Below are positions 39,492 through 49,211 of a stretch of 64,000 bases of DNA, piece after piece (positions within the stretch are counted from its first letter, which is position 1; each line of letters starts with the position of its first letter). Source of the DNA: a virus; the IMG/VR virus record IMGVR_UViG_3300044631_000551, positions 20,439 through 84,438 of that record; one strand, written 5' to 3'. The notes below the pieces were generated by a model. The model was not told where the DNA came from. It searched no databases and saw only the letters and a list, made by a program, of their open reading frames with translations. The position numbers were made by a program, and so were the translations under genes.

Positions 39492-41519
39492 TTATTTTGA
39501 AGTCGCTCGGTAAATACCGTCCCAGCCATCTTTTCGCTTCATTCCGCTAATTCGCTCAATCATGATATCATAGTATTCAGCCATCTTTCCATCAAAATGG
39601 AACTTTAGTTGTTCGGCTGTCGCGATCGCAAGTTTGAACTCTTGGTTGTAATAATACTCCAAGAACAATTTGTGTTTATTGATTCCAGCTCGGTCATCAG
39701 GAACGACGGTGAAAATATGTACACCCTCTGTCTTTCCTTTTACCGCAATGTAGTCCAACTCAATAATCGGGAACTCGTCTTCAACGTATTCAGCAGTCTT
39801 CGGACCAATGATTAACTTAACACCGTAGGACTTACTTTGTCCTTCTAGTCTTGCAGCCAAGTTGACACCGTCCCCCAAACAAGTATAATCGAAACGCTGA
39901 ACAGACCCCATATTACCCACAACAACAACATCAGTGTTAATGCCAAGTCCCATACCAAACGCAGGAATCCCTTCTTTGGATATTTCTTCATTAAATTTCT
40001 CCAGGTCACCTAGCATAGCTAAACCTGTACGCAAAGCATTCTTCGCGTGTTCGGCATCATCAAGAGGAGCATTCCAAAAAGCCATCTGAGCGTCGCCAAT
40101 GTATTTGTCTAGCGTACCCTCGTTCTCAATAATCTTCTGTGTCATCGCAGTCATATAACGATTCATAATTTTAGTCAGACCTTGTACGTCTTTTCCGTAG
40201 TGTTCTGAAATAGTTGTAAAGCCACGAACGTCAGTAAACATAATTGACAGCTCGCGTGATTCGCCACCTAGTTGTAGCAGGTCTGGGTTTTCCTGTAGCT
40301 TCTCAACCATCGCTGGTGACAAGTATGTACCGAACTGCTTTTTAATTTGTTGCTTGAGTAGGAAGTTCTCGAGGAACTTAGCAAATGAAGCATGAGCGAA
40401 TATAACAAGCATGCCTAGAACTGGTAGCGAAGCATCAAGTAGCAGATACTCAGTTTTCCAGTAGTGATATGATGCATAACCAAACCCACCAGCAATTAGA
40501 ATAACCAACGGAAGAACTAGTTTCATTGGTGCTTTATAAACAGCTAGAATAATTAACAGACCAACGAATAGAATAATAACCAGCTCAAGGAAGTCAGCGT
40601 AGTCAGGGCGAACGATTGTGTTGCCATTTAGAACTGTTTGTAATAGATTAGCCTGAACTTCATGCGGATACATTGAGCCGACAGAAGTAGGAACTGGGTT
40701 GGCTACACCCTCAGCGGTTACACCCCAGATAAGAAACTTGCCAGCTGTATTTTCAGGTGTGATGTCAGCAGCTGATATAGAGTCAAACTCATTCCAATAA
40801 GAAATATAGACAGAGCCATCAGCAGTTGTTTTAATTGGCTCAAACTTAGGAATGCGAACAGCTTCAACGCCAGCTTCACCGACTTTCATTTGATACGAGA
40901 TATCACCAGCAGCGACGCGAATAGTTTCAAGCGCAACTGATGGATAGATTTGCTCATTAGCGCCAACGACCATTGGTAGTTTGCGGATTGTACCATCAAC
41001 GTCACCGATAGTAGAGGATACACCTACACCGCTTGACGCTTCAGCTAGAATTGTTACTGGCGGTAGAATACCAGACCAGCTGTTTACATAATCAAATGGA
41101 TTACCGCCGACAGTTGCGGTTCCTACGTGTGGTCCAAGACCTTCAATAGATTGGTCAGTTGGTGCTGACGAAATGATGGTGGCTCTTCGCGCGAGCGCGT
41201 CCGCGAACACTTGATCTTTACCGAAACGGTCTTCTTCTGAATAGATGACAGTAAATACGCTGATGCTGTCTTCTGCAGTTCTATCTAAAAGATTAGCAAA
41301 CTTATCGCGCGACCAAGACCACTGACCGTATTCTTTAATAGCTTTCTCGTCGATGTTGACTAATAGCACATCGCTGGACTTAATCTGCTCGTGGCTACGT
41401 TGTAGCGAGTCAAAGTAAGTTAGTCGTGTGGCTTCAACCAAGAATGGGTCATAGAAGCGCAGGGCGACCAAGAGTCCGAGTGTAATTAATGCTAGATACC
41501 ACTTTGTTAGGAATTTCAT
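39492..41519 (-). CDS. CHASE2-domain membrane class III adenylate cyclase
   Basis: N-terminal TM, CHASE2 (VNIDE..I..YGQW.W.R, D.DG.IR), three TMs, FTDVRGFT, DKYIGDA (Lys, ATP specificity), GDGVNLAARLE. Confidence 0.93.
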   Translation of the reverse strand: MKFLTKWYLALITLGLLVALRFYDPFLVEATRLTYFDSLQRSHEQIKSSDVLLVNIDEKAIKEYGQWSWSRDKFANLLDRTAEDSISVFTVIYSEEDRFGKDQVFADALARRATIISSAPTDQSIEGLGPHVGTATVGGNPFDYVNSWSGILPPVTILAEASSGVGVSSTIGDVDGTIRKLPMVVGANEQIYPSVALETIRVAAGDISYQMKVGEAGVEAVRIPKFEPIKTTADGSVYISYWNEFDSISAADITPENTAGKFLIWGVTAEGVANPVPTSVGSMYPHEVQANLLQTVLNGNTIVRPDYADFLELVIILFVGLLIILAVYKAPMKLVLPLVILIAGGFGYASYHYWKTEYLLLDASLPVLGMLVIFAHASFAKFLENFLLKQQIKKQFGTYLSPAMVEKLQENPDLLQLGGESRELSIMFTDVRGFTTISEHYGKDVQGLTKIMNRYMTAMTQKIIENEGTLDKYIGDAQMAFWNAPLDDAEHAKNALRTGLAMLGDLEKFNEEISKEGIPAFGMGLGINTDVVVVGNMGSVQRFDYTCLGDGVNLAARLEGQSKSYGVKLIIGPKTAEYVEDEFPIIELDYIAVKGKTEGVHIFTVVPDDRAGINKHKLFLEYYYNQEFKLAIATAEQLKFHFDGKMAEYYDIMIERISGMKRKDGWDGIYRATSK

Positions 41520-42607
41520 TTCTTCTGCCTTATAATAATTGTATTGCTGTCACCACCATTGATGACCACATTGAACTCTTTACCATCAAGATTAAAGATA
41601 ATGTTGTAAGCTGTTTTCTCATCAAGCACTAATTTAATCTTTCCGTTGTTATCCTTAGATATAGTTATAATATCTTTATTTAATACTGTTAGCAAACCTG
41701 TCTGCGCGTCAAGTCCGATATCTGTACCTGTAATTTCAGCAGCAGTGCGAACCTCACCCAACTTCGCTTCTTGTAACTTATCTACTTCAATCATAACTGG
41801 GATAATGTCAGCCAGATAATCTACTTCAAGATAGTTAATGTCAATATCATTAAACTCTAGCGCGTCTCTTTCTTGTTCGATTGCTAGGTAGTCTACGTCA
41901 AGTTCGTTGTAAGCAAGCGCATCTTCCTCTAGTATCATCTCATCTTCTTCCTGCTCTACTACTTTAGGAGGATTAACAATAAGCATATTGTTGATCTGGT
42001 CTAAGGAAAGGTCGAGGATGGCTGGTTTAGTTGGAGCTGAGTCGCTCGAGAATGCAACGGTTGACTGCATAGATTTGTTTAGTACCACCGAGCCACCATT
42101 GGTAGCAACTAAGATTTCACCAGATGGTGCACCGTTCTCATCGGGGAGAAGGATTACTAAACTACGACCCAGTTCGTCAACGGTGATTGTGAAGTCTGTA
42201 CCACGAACTGCGATCTGTGATGTGGGTGTTTTAATTGATACGTTTTTCTTATCAATACGATTCATCTTTCCAGTAGCAAATCTGGCTGTCCCACTTGCGA
42301 AGTTGACAGCCAGTTTGCCTTTACTTGGATTAGGATCGTAAACGAATTCATCTATTACGACTTTACTCTGTTCGGTGACTCGAAGTATCGAGCCATCTAG
42401 GAAATCGATCTTTATACGACCATTTCCTGTTCTTACATCATCACGCATCTCGATTCCCAGCTGTAATTTAGCTGGGAGCGGAGTCTTTCTTACAACTGAA
42501 CCTGTTCCCTTCAGCTCGGTGATTGAACCAATCTTAGACTCAGCAGCCAGAGGTGCCAGTGTTAGACTGATAAACACAAATGGTAGAAGGAGTTTGTGCA
42601 GTTCCAC
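41516..42607 (-). CDS. FecR-domain periplasmic protein
   Basis: Signal peptide; D.VRTG, F.DGS.L.., G.ARF.TG, TPT..IAVRGTDF. Confidence 0.88.
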   Translation of the reverse strand: MELHKLLLPFVFISLTLAPLAAESKIGSITELKGTGSVVRKTPLPAKLQLGIEMRDDVRTGNGRIKIDFLDGSILRVTEQSKVVIDEFVYDPNPSKGKLAVNFASGTARFATGKMNRIDKKNVSIKTPTSQIAVRGTDFTITVDELGRSLVILLPDENGAPSGEILVATNGGSVVLNKSMQSTVAFSSDSAPTKPAILDLSLDQINNMLIVNPPKVVEQEEDEMILEEDALAYNELDVDYLAIEQERDALEFNDIDINYLEVDYLADIIPVMIEVDKLQEAKLGEVRTAAEITGTDIGLDAQTGLLTVLNKDIITISKDNNGKIKLVLDEKTAYNIIFNLDGKEFNVVINGGDSNTIIIRQKK

Positions 42608-43256
42608 TAGTTGTACTCTCTATGGTAATTGAGTTGGTTTCAGTTGCGCCAGCCTGTGTAATGTTGAAGTTTGTATAATCGCCAGTGTGGTCGATGTTTA
42701 CCATATGTCCAGCATACCCAGTTGCGCTTGTTGTTACGTTGTTGTAATTACCAACCATTGTAATGGTGCTTTCAGCATTCTCTGAGTTTACAGTAGCATT
42801 GAAGTTATTGTAATCACCAGTAATGTCCCATGTGAAAATTGAACCATCAGCCACATCAGCTGTACCAACGTTCATTAGCAGAGTATTATTTCCGCCAACA
42901 ATGTTGATATCATACTGCGTATCGTCTGCGCTGAATGAACCATTTGGGTTATTGTTTAGTGTTATTTCGTTATTATCGCCGTATCCCATGATTGTTGCTA
43001 GGATACCGTTGCCGTATAACCAACCATATAGCGAGTTATTATTACCAGTTTGTGTTATGGTAATATCTTGTTGGTCGCCGTTAAAGTAAAACGGTGTTTG
43101 ACCGTCATCAGAACCTATGGTGTTATTTTCACCTGTTTGTTCCATAACGATAGTTGCTTGTTGACCAACCTGATTAATATAAATCTGGTTGTCTGTAGCC
43201 TGACCTAATACTGTACCTGTCATCAAAAGCATAACAAAGAAGATGGCGTTCTTCAT
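42540..43256 (-). CDS. curlin-like (CsgA/CsgB-like) beta-solenoid repeat protein
   Basis: Signal peptide; repeated I.Q.G..N units (IYINQVG, MEQTGENN, ITQTGNNN, ITQAG); adjacent to csgG/csgF. Confidence 0.7.
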   Translation of the reverse strand: MKNAIFFVMLLMTGTVLGQATDNQIYINQVGQQATIVMEQTGENNTIGSDDGQTPFYFNGDQQDITITQTGNNNSLYGWLYGNGILATIMGYGDNNEITLNNNPNGSFSADDTQYDINIVGGNNTLLMNVGTADVADGSIFTWDITGDYNNFNATVNSENAESTITMVGNYNNVTTSATGYAGHMVNIDHTGDYTNFNITQAGATETNSITIESTTSGTAQTPSTICVYQSNTGTSGC

Positions 43257-43268
43257 TTACTTTTCCTT

Positions 43269-44108
43269 TTATTTGAATTGCCAGTATCCTTTCGCCTTAC
43301 CGTCTTTGATAAGTTGTAACACTGCTTCTTCTATTGCTTTTTGCGTTGCGATGTTTACAGACTCGTTTTGAGCTGTTCCGTTTTCAACTTCGACGAGTGC
43401 CGTTCCTGCTTCGACGAAACGAAACACATCCTGCGAGTATCCTACCGACAGAATTGTCTTAGTTGAAATAACATCTATAAGAACTTCGCCTGTCGCAACC
43501 GAAACCAAACGAAGTGAAACTGTAACTGTATCTTTAACATAGCGTTTAGATGCACCGATACCCAAGTATCTTGCACCAGCACCGCCTGTCATGGTGTTAG
43601 TATCATAACCAACAACTCCACCCTCTATGATTAAACCAGCAAAGAGCAGTGGTGGCAGTTTATTTATACCTTCGCCCTCGTAAGACTCACGAGTAGACTT
43701 AATAAGCTGGCGTTCTTTAGAAAGATTTTCTAATCCTTTGCGCTCTACTACTTGGAACACTTCACCATAGCCAGCACCACGAAGCGCGCGAATTAGAAAC
43801 ACCTCTGGGGCTTGCGTCACAGCAGTCGAAAACGAAGATAGGTTTTCGCTAGGTTTACGCTGACCTGTTAAATCTGTGAATGCGTAGATTGCCAAGGTTG
43901 GTTTCTGAACAACTGGTGGCAGATCTCTGAGTTCCTTATTAAAAACGAACTCTTGAATCTCAGCTTGGTCGATCTTCTGTATATGTAATCCGTTAAACTT
44001 TTCTGATGTCTCTACTACTTTTCCGCCAGCAGCGTGTAGTGTATAGCAACCAGTTAAATTAACCGAAGCAACAGAAACCGCTAATAGGAATAGTGACGCT
44101 CGTAACAT
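43269..44108 (-). CDS. csgG: curli secretion channel CsgG
   Basis: Lipobox LTGC; AIYAFTDLTGQRKP..FSTAVTQ, VVER.GL.NL.KERQLI, EGGVVGYDTN..TGG.GARYLGIG, D.VTVSLRLVSV.TGEVL. Confidence 0.93.
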   Translation of the reverse strand: MLRASLFLLAVSVASVNLTGCYTLHAAGGKVVETSEKFNGLHIQKIDQAEIQEFVFNKELRDLPPVVQKPTLAIYAFTDLTGQRKPSENLSSFSTAVTQAPEVFLIRALRGAGYGEVFQVVERKGLENLSKERQLIKSTRESYEGEGINKLPPLLFAGLIIEGGVVGYDTNTMTGGAGARYLGIGASKRYVKDTVTVSLRLVSVATGEVLIDVISTKTILSVGYSQDVFRFVEAGTALVEVENGTAQNESVNIATQKAIEEAVLQLIKDGKAKGYWQFK

Positions 44109-44520
44109 CTGTGGGATCCGTTAAATTAGTTATGATAAGTTTTAATACTTCTGCTCCGTTCTCATCAACCGTCGACTGATAGTTAATGTTGTATCCTTGT
44201 AGGTTAAGCGAACCAGAACCAGTTGCGCCTTCTGCGAATAGATTAGTCACTAGCTGGCGCGACAATTCAGCGTATATTCTTGACTCTACGTTTTTCAAGA
44301 ATCGGTTCACAGTTGAGTTGTTTTCCGCTGCGATGGCAGCTTTTAGCTCATCTTCTAATTTCTTAGCGATCGCTTCCTTGCGAGAAGTTTCTTGATTCTC
44401 AATAGTTAGATAATGTGATGATGTACCCTGTCCGTTGAAGGATGGGCTTTTGAATTGAAAGGTTATATCGCCAGCTGACGCGCTGAAAGGTAATAGACTA
44501 AGCAGCAGTAGTTTCTTCAT
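44059..44520 (-). CDS. csgF: curli assembly protein CsgF
   Basis: Signal peptide then F.FKSPSFNG.G...L.IENQE, F..NVESRIYA.LS.QL..LF. Confidence 0.85.
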   Translation of the reverse strand: MKKLLLLSLLPFSASAGDITFQFKSPSFNGQGTSSHYLTIENQETSRKEAIAKKLEDELKAAIAAENNSTVNRFLKNVESRIYAELSRQLVTNLFAEGATGSGSLNLQGYNINYQSTVDENGAEVLKLIITNLTDPTDVTSVTIPISGFCCFG

Positions 44521-44567
44521 CAGTCTTCTCCTCTTTCTTTTTCTTTCCGTCGGTCTCTAACAAAAAT

Positions 44568-44858
44568 TCAAGTGTCAGTATTTTTATCAGACTTAGGCTT
44601 ATGCTTATTCGCATGTTTCTCTTCCTCTTTCATTTGTAGGACAACGCTGACTTTTTGTTGCAATCTAATTAAGTCATTATCTAACATACGAATACGGTCA
44701 ATCAATGCAATTAAGATACCGCTGGTTTGTCCAATCAACGGTGTTAATTCTTTTGTAACAAAGCTGTAAATAAAGAATACGAAATATCCCATCCCGACTG
44801 CAGCGACGATAGGAAAACCATATTGTTTAATCAACTCAATGACTACATCAGGATTCAT
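44568..44858 (-). CDS. holin-like single-TM protein (paralog B)
   Basis: YGFPIVAA..GYFVFF TM then coiled coil IALIDRIRMLDNDLIRL. Confidence 0.55.
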   Translation of the reverse strand: MNPDVVIELIKQYGFPIVAAVGMGYFVFFIYSFVTKELTPLIGQTSGILIALIDRIRMLDNDLIRLQQKVSVVLQMKEEEKHANKHKPKSDKNTDT

Positions 44859-45022
44859 TTTGTTTCTCTAAGCGTAGCAATATATTTTTTATCTGATACC
44901 ATATTGCTAAGTGTATCAGCTGTTCTTCTTAGGAACATACTTTCAGTGGTTATGCCATCTTCATTTTCCATAATTCTTGCATAATCATGCATTATAGTAA
45001 TTAAGTCTTCTAGTGTTGACAT
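44855..45022 (-). CDS. small hypothetical protein (55 aa)
   Basis: Not in ORF track; MSTLEDLITIMHDYARIMENEDG..., TAATG and ATGA overlaps with neighbours. Confidence 0.55.
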   Translation of the reverse strand: MSTLEDLITIMHDYARIMENEDGITTESMFLRRTADTLSNMVSDKKYIATLRETK

Positions 45023-45309
45023 TAGTCTCTCCTTGCGTCGTTTTTACCGTCTGCCCGAGCCAGTCTATCGAGATCTGGTCTTAGACCTAGCGCAGAACTA
45101 ACAACCGCATCAACTCGGATGATATCATGATTCATGGTTTTCACACGATTATCTAATGCGATGATTATACCCTGCAACCCTTGGATCTGTTTTACCACAC
45201 CAGTCAATATGAACTTAATTACGAAATAGACAAACACGCCAGCAGCCATAGCTGCAGCGATAGGAAATCCAACTTCGGCAATTATCTTAAATATAGCGTC
45301 GTAGCTCAT
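45022..45309 (-). CDS. holin-like single-TM protein (paralog A)
   Basis: VGFPIAAA..GVFVYF TM then IALDNRVKTMNHDIIRV. Confidence 0.55.
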   Translation of the reverse strand: MSYDAIFKIIAEVGFPIAAAMAAGVFVYFVIKFILTGVVKQIQGLQGIIIALDNRVKTMNHDIIRVDAVVSSALGLRPDLDRLARADGKNDARRD

Positions 45310-45331
45310 ATAATCTCTCTCATAGTCAGTC

Positions 45332-45343
45332 TATTTATAAATA
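45332..45343. promoter_or_regulatory. overlapping divergent T4 late promoters
   Basis: TATTTATAAATA = TATAAATA on minus (45332-45339) and on plus (45336-45343). Confidence 0.75.
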
Positions 45344-45395
45344 GGCTGACGTGGTTTAATCCTTACATTATAACAATATTAACAAAGGAGCAGTC

Positions 45396-46010
45396 ATGAG
45401 TTTAGTTGCATTACAAAAGAAAATCGGTGTTACCGCTGACGGTGCATTTGGTCCAGGAACATTAAAAGCTGCGATGGCATTCTATAAGATGTCACCAGTT
45501 CGCGCTGCGCATTTCTTCGCGCAGACTGCCCATGAGTCAGGTAATTTCAAAGCATTCTCTGAAAACCTAAACTACTCGGCAGATGGCTTAACCAAAATCT
45601 TCGGCAAATACTTCGACGCTGCAGCTGCAGCAAAAGCTGCGCGCAATCCAGAAAAGATTGCTAACAGAGTTTATGCTAATCGTATGGGCAATGGAAACGA
45701 AGCTTCGGGCGATGGCTGGAAGTATCGTGGACGTGGTGCTCTTCAGTTGACTGGTAAAGAAAACTATAAAGCATTCGCTGATTATCTAAAGAAGCCAGAA
45801 ATCATGGACAACCCAGACTTGGTTGCTACCGAGTACTCGTTTGAATCCGCGATCTTCTTCTTTGAAAAGAATAAACTATGGGCTATTTGTGACCAAGGTG
45901 TCGGCGACGCAGCGATTACCGCATTGACAAAAAGAATCAATGGCGGTACTCACGGTCTTGACGATAGAAAAGAGAAAACCAAAAAGTTCGCCGCAATGGT
46001 GGGCGCATAA
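45396..46010 (+). CDS. endolysin, GH19 with N-terminal peptidoglycan-binding domain
   Basis: LQ..IG..ADG.FGPGT; AHFFAQ.AHESG.F...ENLNYS, YRGRG.LQLTG..NY, RINGG..GL.DR. Confidence 0.92.
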   Translation: MSLVALQKKIGVTADGAFGPGTLKAAMAFYKMSPVRAAHFFAQTAHESGNFKAFSENLNYSADGLTKIFGKYFDAAAAAKAARNPEKIANRVYANRMGNGNEASGDGWKYRGRGALQLTGKENYKAFADYLKKPEIMDNPDLVATEYSFESAIFFFEKNKLWAICDQGVGDAAITALTKRINGGTHGLDDRKEKTKKFAAMVGA

Positions 46011-46020
46011 GGAGTAATCT

Positions 46021-46110
46021 ATGGAAAAGGTAACAGCATTCGTTTTAGCTTATAAAAAAGAAATCGTTCTACTAGTCGTCGGCTTTGTTCTCGGCGCAGT
46101 TATTCTTTAA
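46021..46110 (+). CDS. 29-aa membrane peptide
   Basis: AAGGAG RBS; MEKVTAFVLAYKKEIVLLVVGFVLGAVIL. Confidence 0.55.
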   Translation: MEKVTAFVLAYKKEIVLLVVGFVLGAVIL

Positions 46111-47108
46111 GATTTCAATGTAATAAACTTGGAAGCTGGCGTGCTGGCTTTCAAACCCTCAAGGAGAGCTTGCCATTGGTAGGCTCTCCTTTTCCAATTA
46201 AAGCGCAGGTCGGCATATGCTTTAACATAGTTGGCTTCTTCAACGTGCCTACCAGCCTTTACATCTTCAATAGTTTCATCTAGAATTGCTAGATGACGAC
46301 CAGCGTGTTCATTAACATCCTCGTGCCATCCGTACATTCTGGTTAATGCGCCAGAAGTGTCGTAGAGTGCACCATAGTTAGGATGAATACAGATTACACC
46401 TGCACTCATCGCTTCAATAAGAGAGATGCACGACGATTCAACCCAGATGTTTGGATAAGCAAAAATATCGGCATCCTGCAGGGCTGCGCGTATTTCTGTA
46501 TTCGGAACCGACCCATGATAGTTAATCTTCGGGTGATTCTTGCATCGTTCAAACAAGGCTTCATACTGTGCGTCACGTTCGCCCCATCCATAAATCTTGA
46601 ATGACGAATAAACATCCAGTTGAATGTTGTCGTGCTTCTCGCATAACTTTTCAAAAACAGGAACTAGAAGTTCCAGACCACGATGCGGTGTGGTGTGATA
46701 GATAATACGAACGATACCATCAGTTCTAGATGGTTTCGGTTTGTACTCGATTGGTTCGATCGCGTTCTCTAAAACAGAAGAACGATGATAAGGAACACCA
46801 AGATACTTGTTAAACATATCAGCTTGCCAATTCGAGTTATACACGATGTGGTCAAACTGTTGCCATGTTTCTTTTAGGTGAGTCGCCGCAGGATCCCAAG
46901 GTAGATCCTGATGCCAATAGATTTTAATTTTGTTTGGATCTAGATCCTCGTGCACGCGCGAGATGAAGATTTGAAAATTATCCAGCAATCCTTCTGGCAT
47001 TCTTGAAGCAAGCGCGTGCTTCATCAGCTCTGTGCCACCCATAGCGTTTGGTGCAATTTTATCTTCAGCGAATCCCACAATTATCTCTCCATTCTGTAAC
47101 CCATTCAA
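46107..47108 (-). CDS. glycosyltransferase (GT-B, GT4-like)
   Basis: GGTE, TPHRGL, YP..W.ESSCISLIEAMSAG. Confidence 0.85.
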   Translation of the reverse strand: MNGLQNGEIIVGFAEDKIAPNAMGGTELMKHALASRMPEGLLDNFQIFISRVHEDLDPNKIKIYWHQDLPWDPAATHLKETWQQFDHIVYNSNWQADMFNKYLGVPYHRSSVLENAIEPIEYKPKPSRTDGIVRIIYHTTPHRGLELLVPVFEKLCEKHDNIQLDVYSSFKIYGWGERDAQYEALFERCKNHPKINYHGSVPNTEIRAALQDADIFAYPNIWVESSCISLIEAMSAGVICIHPNYGALYDTSGALTRMYGWHEDVNEHAGRHLAILDETIEDVKAGRHVEEANYVKAYADLRFNWKRRAYQWQALLEGLKASTPASKFITLKS

Positions 47109-47931
47109 TCACTTCTCGGTTGGCTGACCAACCAGGAACATTTGGTTCTTTACACATTACAAACGCAACTTCATAATCGCGCGGTTTAGCGTGATAGTAT
47201 TTGTGTCTAAATGCCTTTGCGACTTCTAGGATCTGCGTCGCCTTTCCTGTACCGATATGATAGGTCTTGCCCTCGCTCGGTAGATTTCCTACGATGTGTA
47301 GTGCGTCAATAGTATCATCGATGTGAGTAAAGTCGCGCGCTTGTGCGCCAGTACCGTAAACCACTAGCATCTCATCCTTCTCGTACAAGTCAATATACTT
47401 GCGGATGATGGTGGTGTAATCGCCGAGCAGACTTTCGCGCTTCGAGCCGAATACGTTGTAGAACTTAACTACGTCGAAGTTTAGAGCGAAGTGACGGCGA
47501 TATAGCTGAAGCATCTCATCACAGACTACCTTTGAGAAGGTGTATGGGTTGTTTAGCTTGTCAGCGAATTCGGTGGTCGACGAGGAAGCAAAAATTAGTT
47601 TTGTTTTCGGATTGGTCTTCTTAATATACTCACAGACCGCAACAGTTGAGTTGTAGTTGTTGAGCAGGGTTTCTTCGCAATATTCGAACGAACGAGCGAT
47701 ACGAGCGCAGTTAGCGAAGTGAAAGATAATATCAAATTCTTCGTCACTAGCTTTGAAGAAAGTTTCTACATCCTGAATCAAAGTGACAGCATGTTTGTTG
47801 ATATTAAACAAATCACCAGTGGAAAGATTATCCACTACGGTGACATCATTATGCTCGACTAAACTATCAACTAGATGCGATCCTACGAATCCTAGACCGC
47901 CTGTTACCAAAATCTTTTTGTTCTTAATCAT
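47065..47931 (-). CDS. NAD-dependent sugar epimerase/dehydratase
   Basis: VTGGLGFVGSHL, VDNLSTG, PY..SK, FYNVFG, RDFTHIDD. Confidence 0.9.
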   Translation of the reverse strand: MIKNKKILVTGGLGFVGSHLVDSLVEHNDVTVVDNLSTGDLFNINKHAVTLIQDVETFFKASDEEFDIIFHFANCARIARSFEYCEETLLNNYNSTVAVCEYIKKTNPKTKLIFASSSTTEFADKLNNPYTFSKVVCDEMLQLYRRHFALNFDVVKFYNVFGSKRESLLGDYTTIIRKYIDLYEKDEMLVVYGTGAQARDFTHIDDTIDALHIVGNLPSEGKTYHIGTGKATQILEVAKAFRHKYYHAKPRDYEVAFVMCKEPNVPGWSANREVIEWVTEWRDNCGIR

Positions 47932-47932
47932 A

Positions 47933-48202
47933 TTATTCTGCCAAGAAAGTCTGTTCGGGTAGATATTGTTCTTTGATAGTGTTCCAGTTCTTTACTAGGT
48001 CGTCGTATCCGCCAATCAAATTACCATTGATTAAGATTTGCGGGACAGTGCGAGCATTTGGTGCTGCTTCAAGCAACTCTTCGCGCGTAGCGTTTACGCC
48101 AACCATCTTTTCTTCAAAAGTATATCCCTTTGATGAAAGAAACTGTTTTGCCGATACGCAGTATGGGCAGTTTGTTTTGCTAAAAATTACAATGTTTTTC
48201 AT
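47933..48202 (-). CDS. glutaredoxin
   Basis: CPYC, TVPQI.ING..IGG. Confidence 0.92.
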   Translation of the reverse strand: MKNIVIFSKTNCPYCVSAKQFLSSKGYTFEEKMVGVNATREELLEAAPNARTVPQILINGNLIGGYDDLVKNWNTIKEQYLPEQTFLAE

Positions 48203-48204
48203 AA

Positions 48205-48426
48205 TTAATCCTTAAAGTTTTCGTTTACCCATTCAGAGCTACCGATGTATTCTCCATTAATAAAGATACAAGGCAATGCTCTTTTCCCTGTTGCTTGTTC
48301 AAGTTCTGGGATGCTAAAATCCTTGAACACTTTCTTTTCTGTAAATTCTATATTATGCTTTTGTAATATTTCTTTGGTAATGATACAAGCAGGGCAAGAA
48401 TCCATAGTCCATATTTCGTATTTCAC
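48205..48426 (-). CDS. glutaredoxin-like protein
   Basis: CPAC, LP.IFINGEYIG. Confidence 0.8.
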   Translation of the reverse strand: MKYEIWTMDSCPACIITKEILQKHNIEFTEKKVFKDFSIPELEQATGKRALPCIFINGEYIGSSEWVNENFKD

Positions 48427-49211
48427 TTTGGTATTGCTCCTGGTCTATACTTGTTAATCAGTTTAGTTGATACTTCCGAGGGAAGATTAGTATTCATCGG
48501 ATGGATGAACATTTTGTTTTCTGATTCACTAACCCTCTTTAATATGTAGTCCTTTTCTTTATCGGCTCCATGTGGGTTGTGTTCATGATTATCCATAGGA
48601 ATAGGAACATGCCAACTGTATATTTGTTTTTGTTTTCCGCCGAGTTCAAACTTCAAAATTGACTCAAAGAAATCAAACCCAACAAAATCTAATTGAGATT
48701 GCGTTTGTATAATTTTATCGAAATAAAGAAAACACATTGTACCCTGAGATATTCTGGGTGCTTTCTTCCACTCTGTGTGTTTTGGAGGAGAATAAATCTC
48801 TGAGATCAATTTCTTATGGAGATCAGAATCACCAAGAATAAAATAATCTTTATAGATTTGAAATCTATTCGTGGCCATGCAAGATGGAAACATCAGAGAT
48901 GTTGCTTTCGGATCATACAACCCTATCTGCGTGTAATTAAATATCTTGAACCTAGCATCTTTCCATGATTGGAACATACTTGCGCGCAAGCTACCGAAGA
49001 ACCAAACATCAGTTTTGGTTCCTAGATGTTTCTTTGTTTCGGCTGTGGGAATACCCTTACCAAATCTAACAACCACATCATAGCTGTCAATTAAGTCGCC
49101 ATACTCATGATTGAAAAGGGAAGCTGCATTACCAACCAGCAATACACGTTTCCCTTTACAATATTCTCTTAGTTTGGCAGTAGACCTGTCATTCAGTTCT
49201 TGGTTGAACAT
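48423..49211 (-). CDS. GT29 (sialyltransferase-like) glycosyltransferase
   Basis: VLLVGNA.S...G..IDSYDVVVRF..G.KTD (sialylmotif-L-like), GFDFF. Confidence 0.7.
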   Translation of the reverse strand: MFNQELNDRSTAKLREYCKGKRVLLVGNAASLFNHEYGDLIDSYDVVVRFGKGIPTAETKKHLGTKTDVWFFGSLRASMFQSWKDARFKIFNYTQIGLYDPKATSLMFPSCMATNRFQIYKDYFILGDSDLHKKLISEIYSPPKHTEWKKAPRISQGTMCFLYFDKIIQTQSQLDFVGFDFFESILKFELGGKQKQIYSWHVPIPMDNHEHNPHGADKEKDYILKRVSESENKMFIHPMNTNLPSEVSTKLINKYRPGAIPK

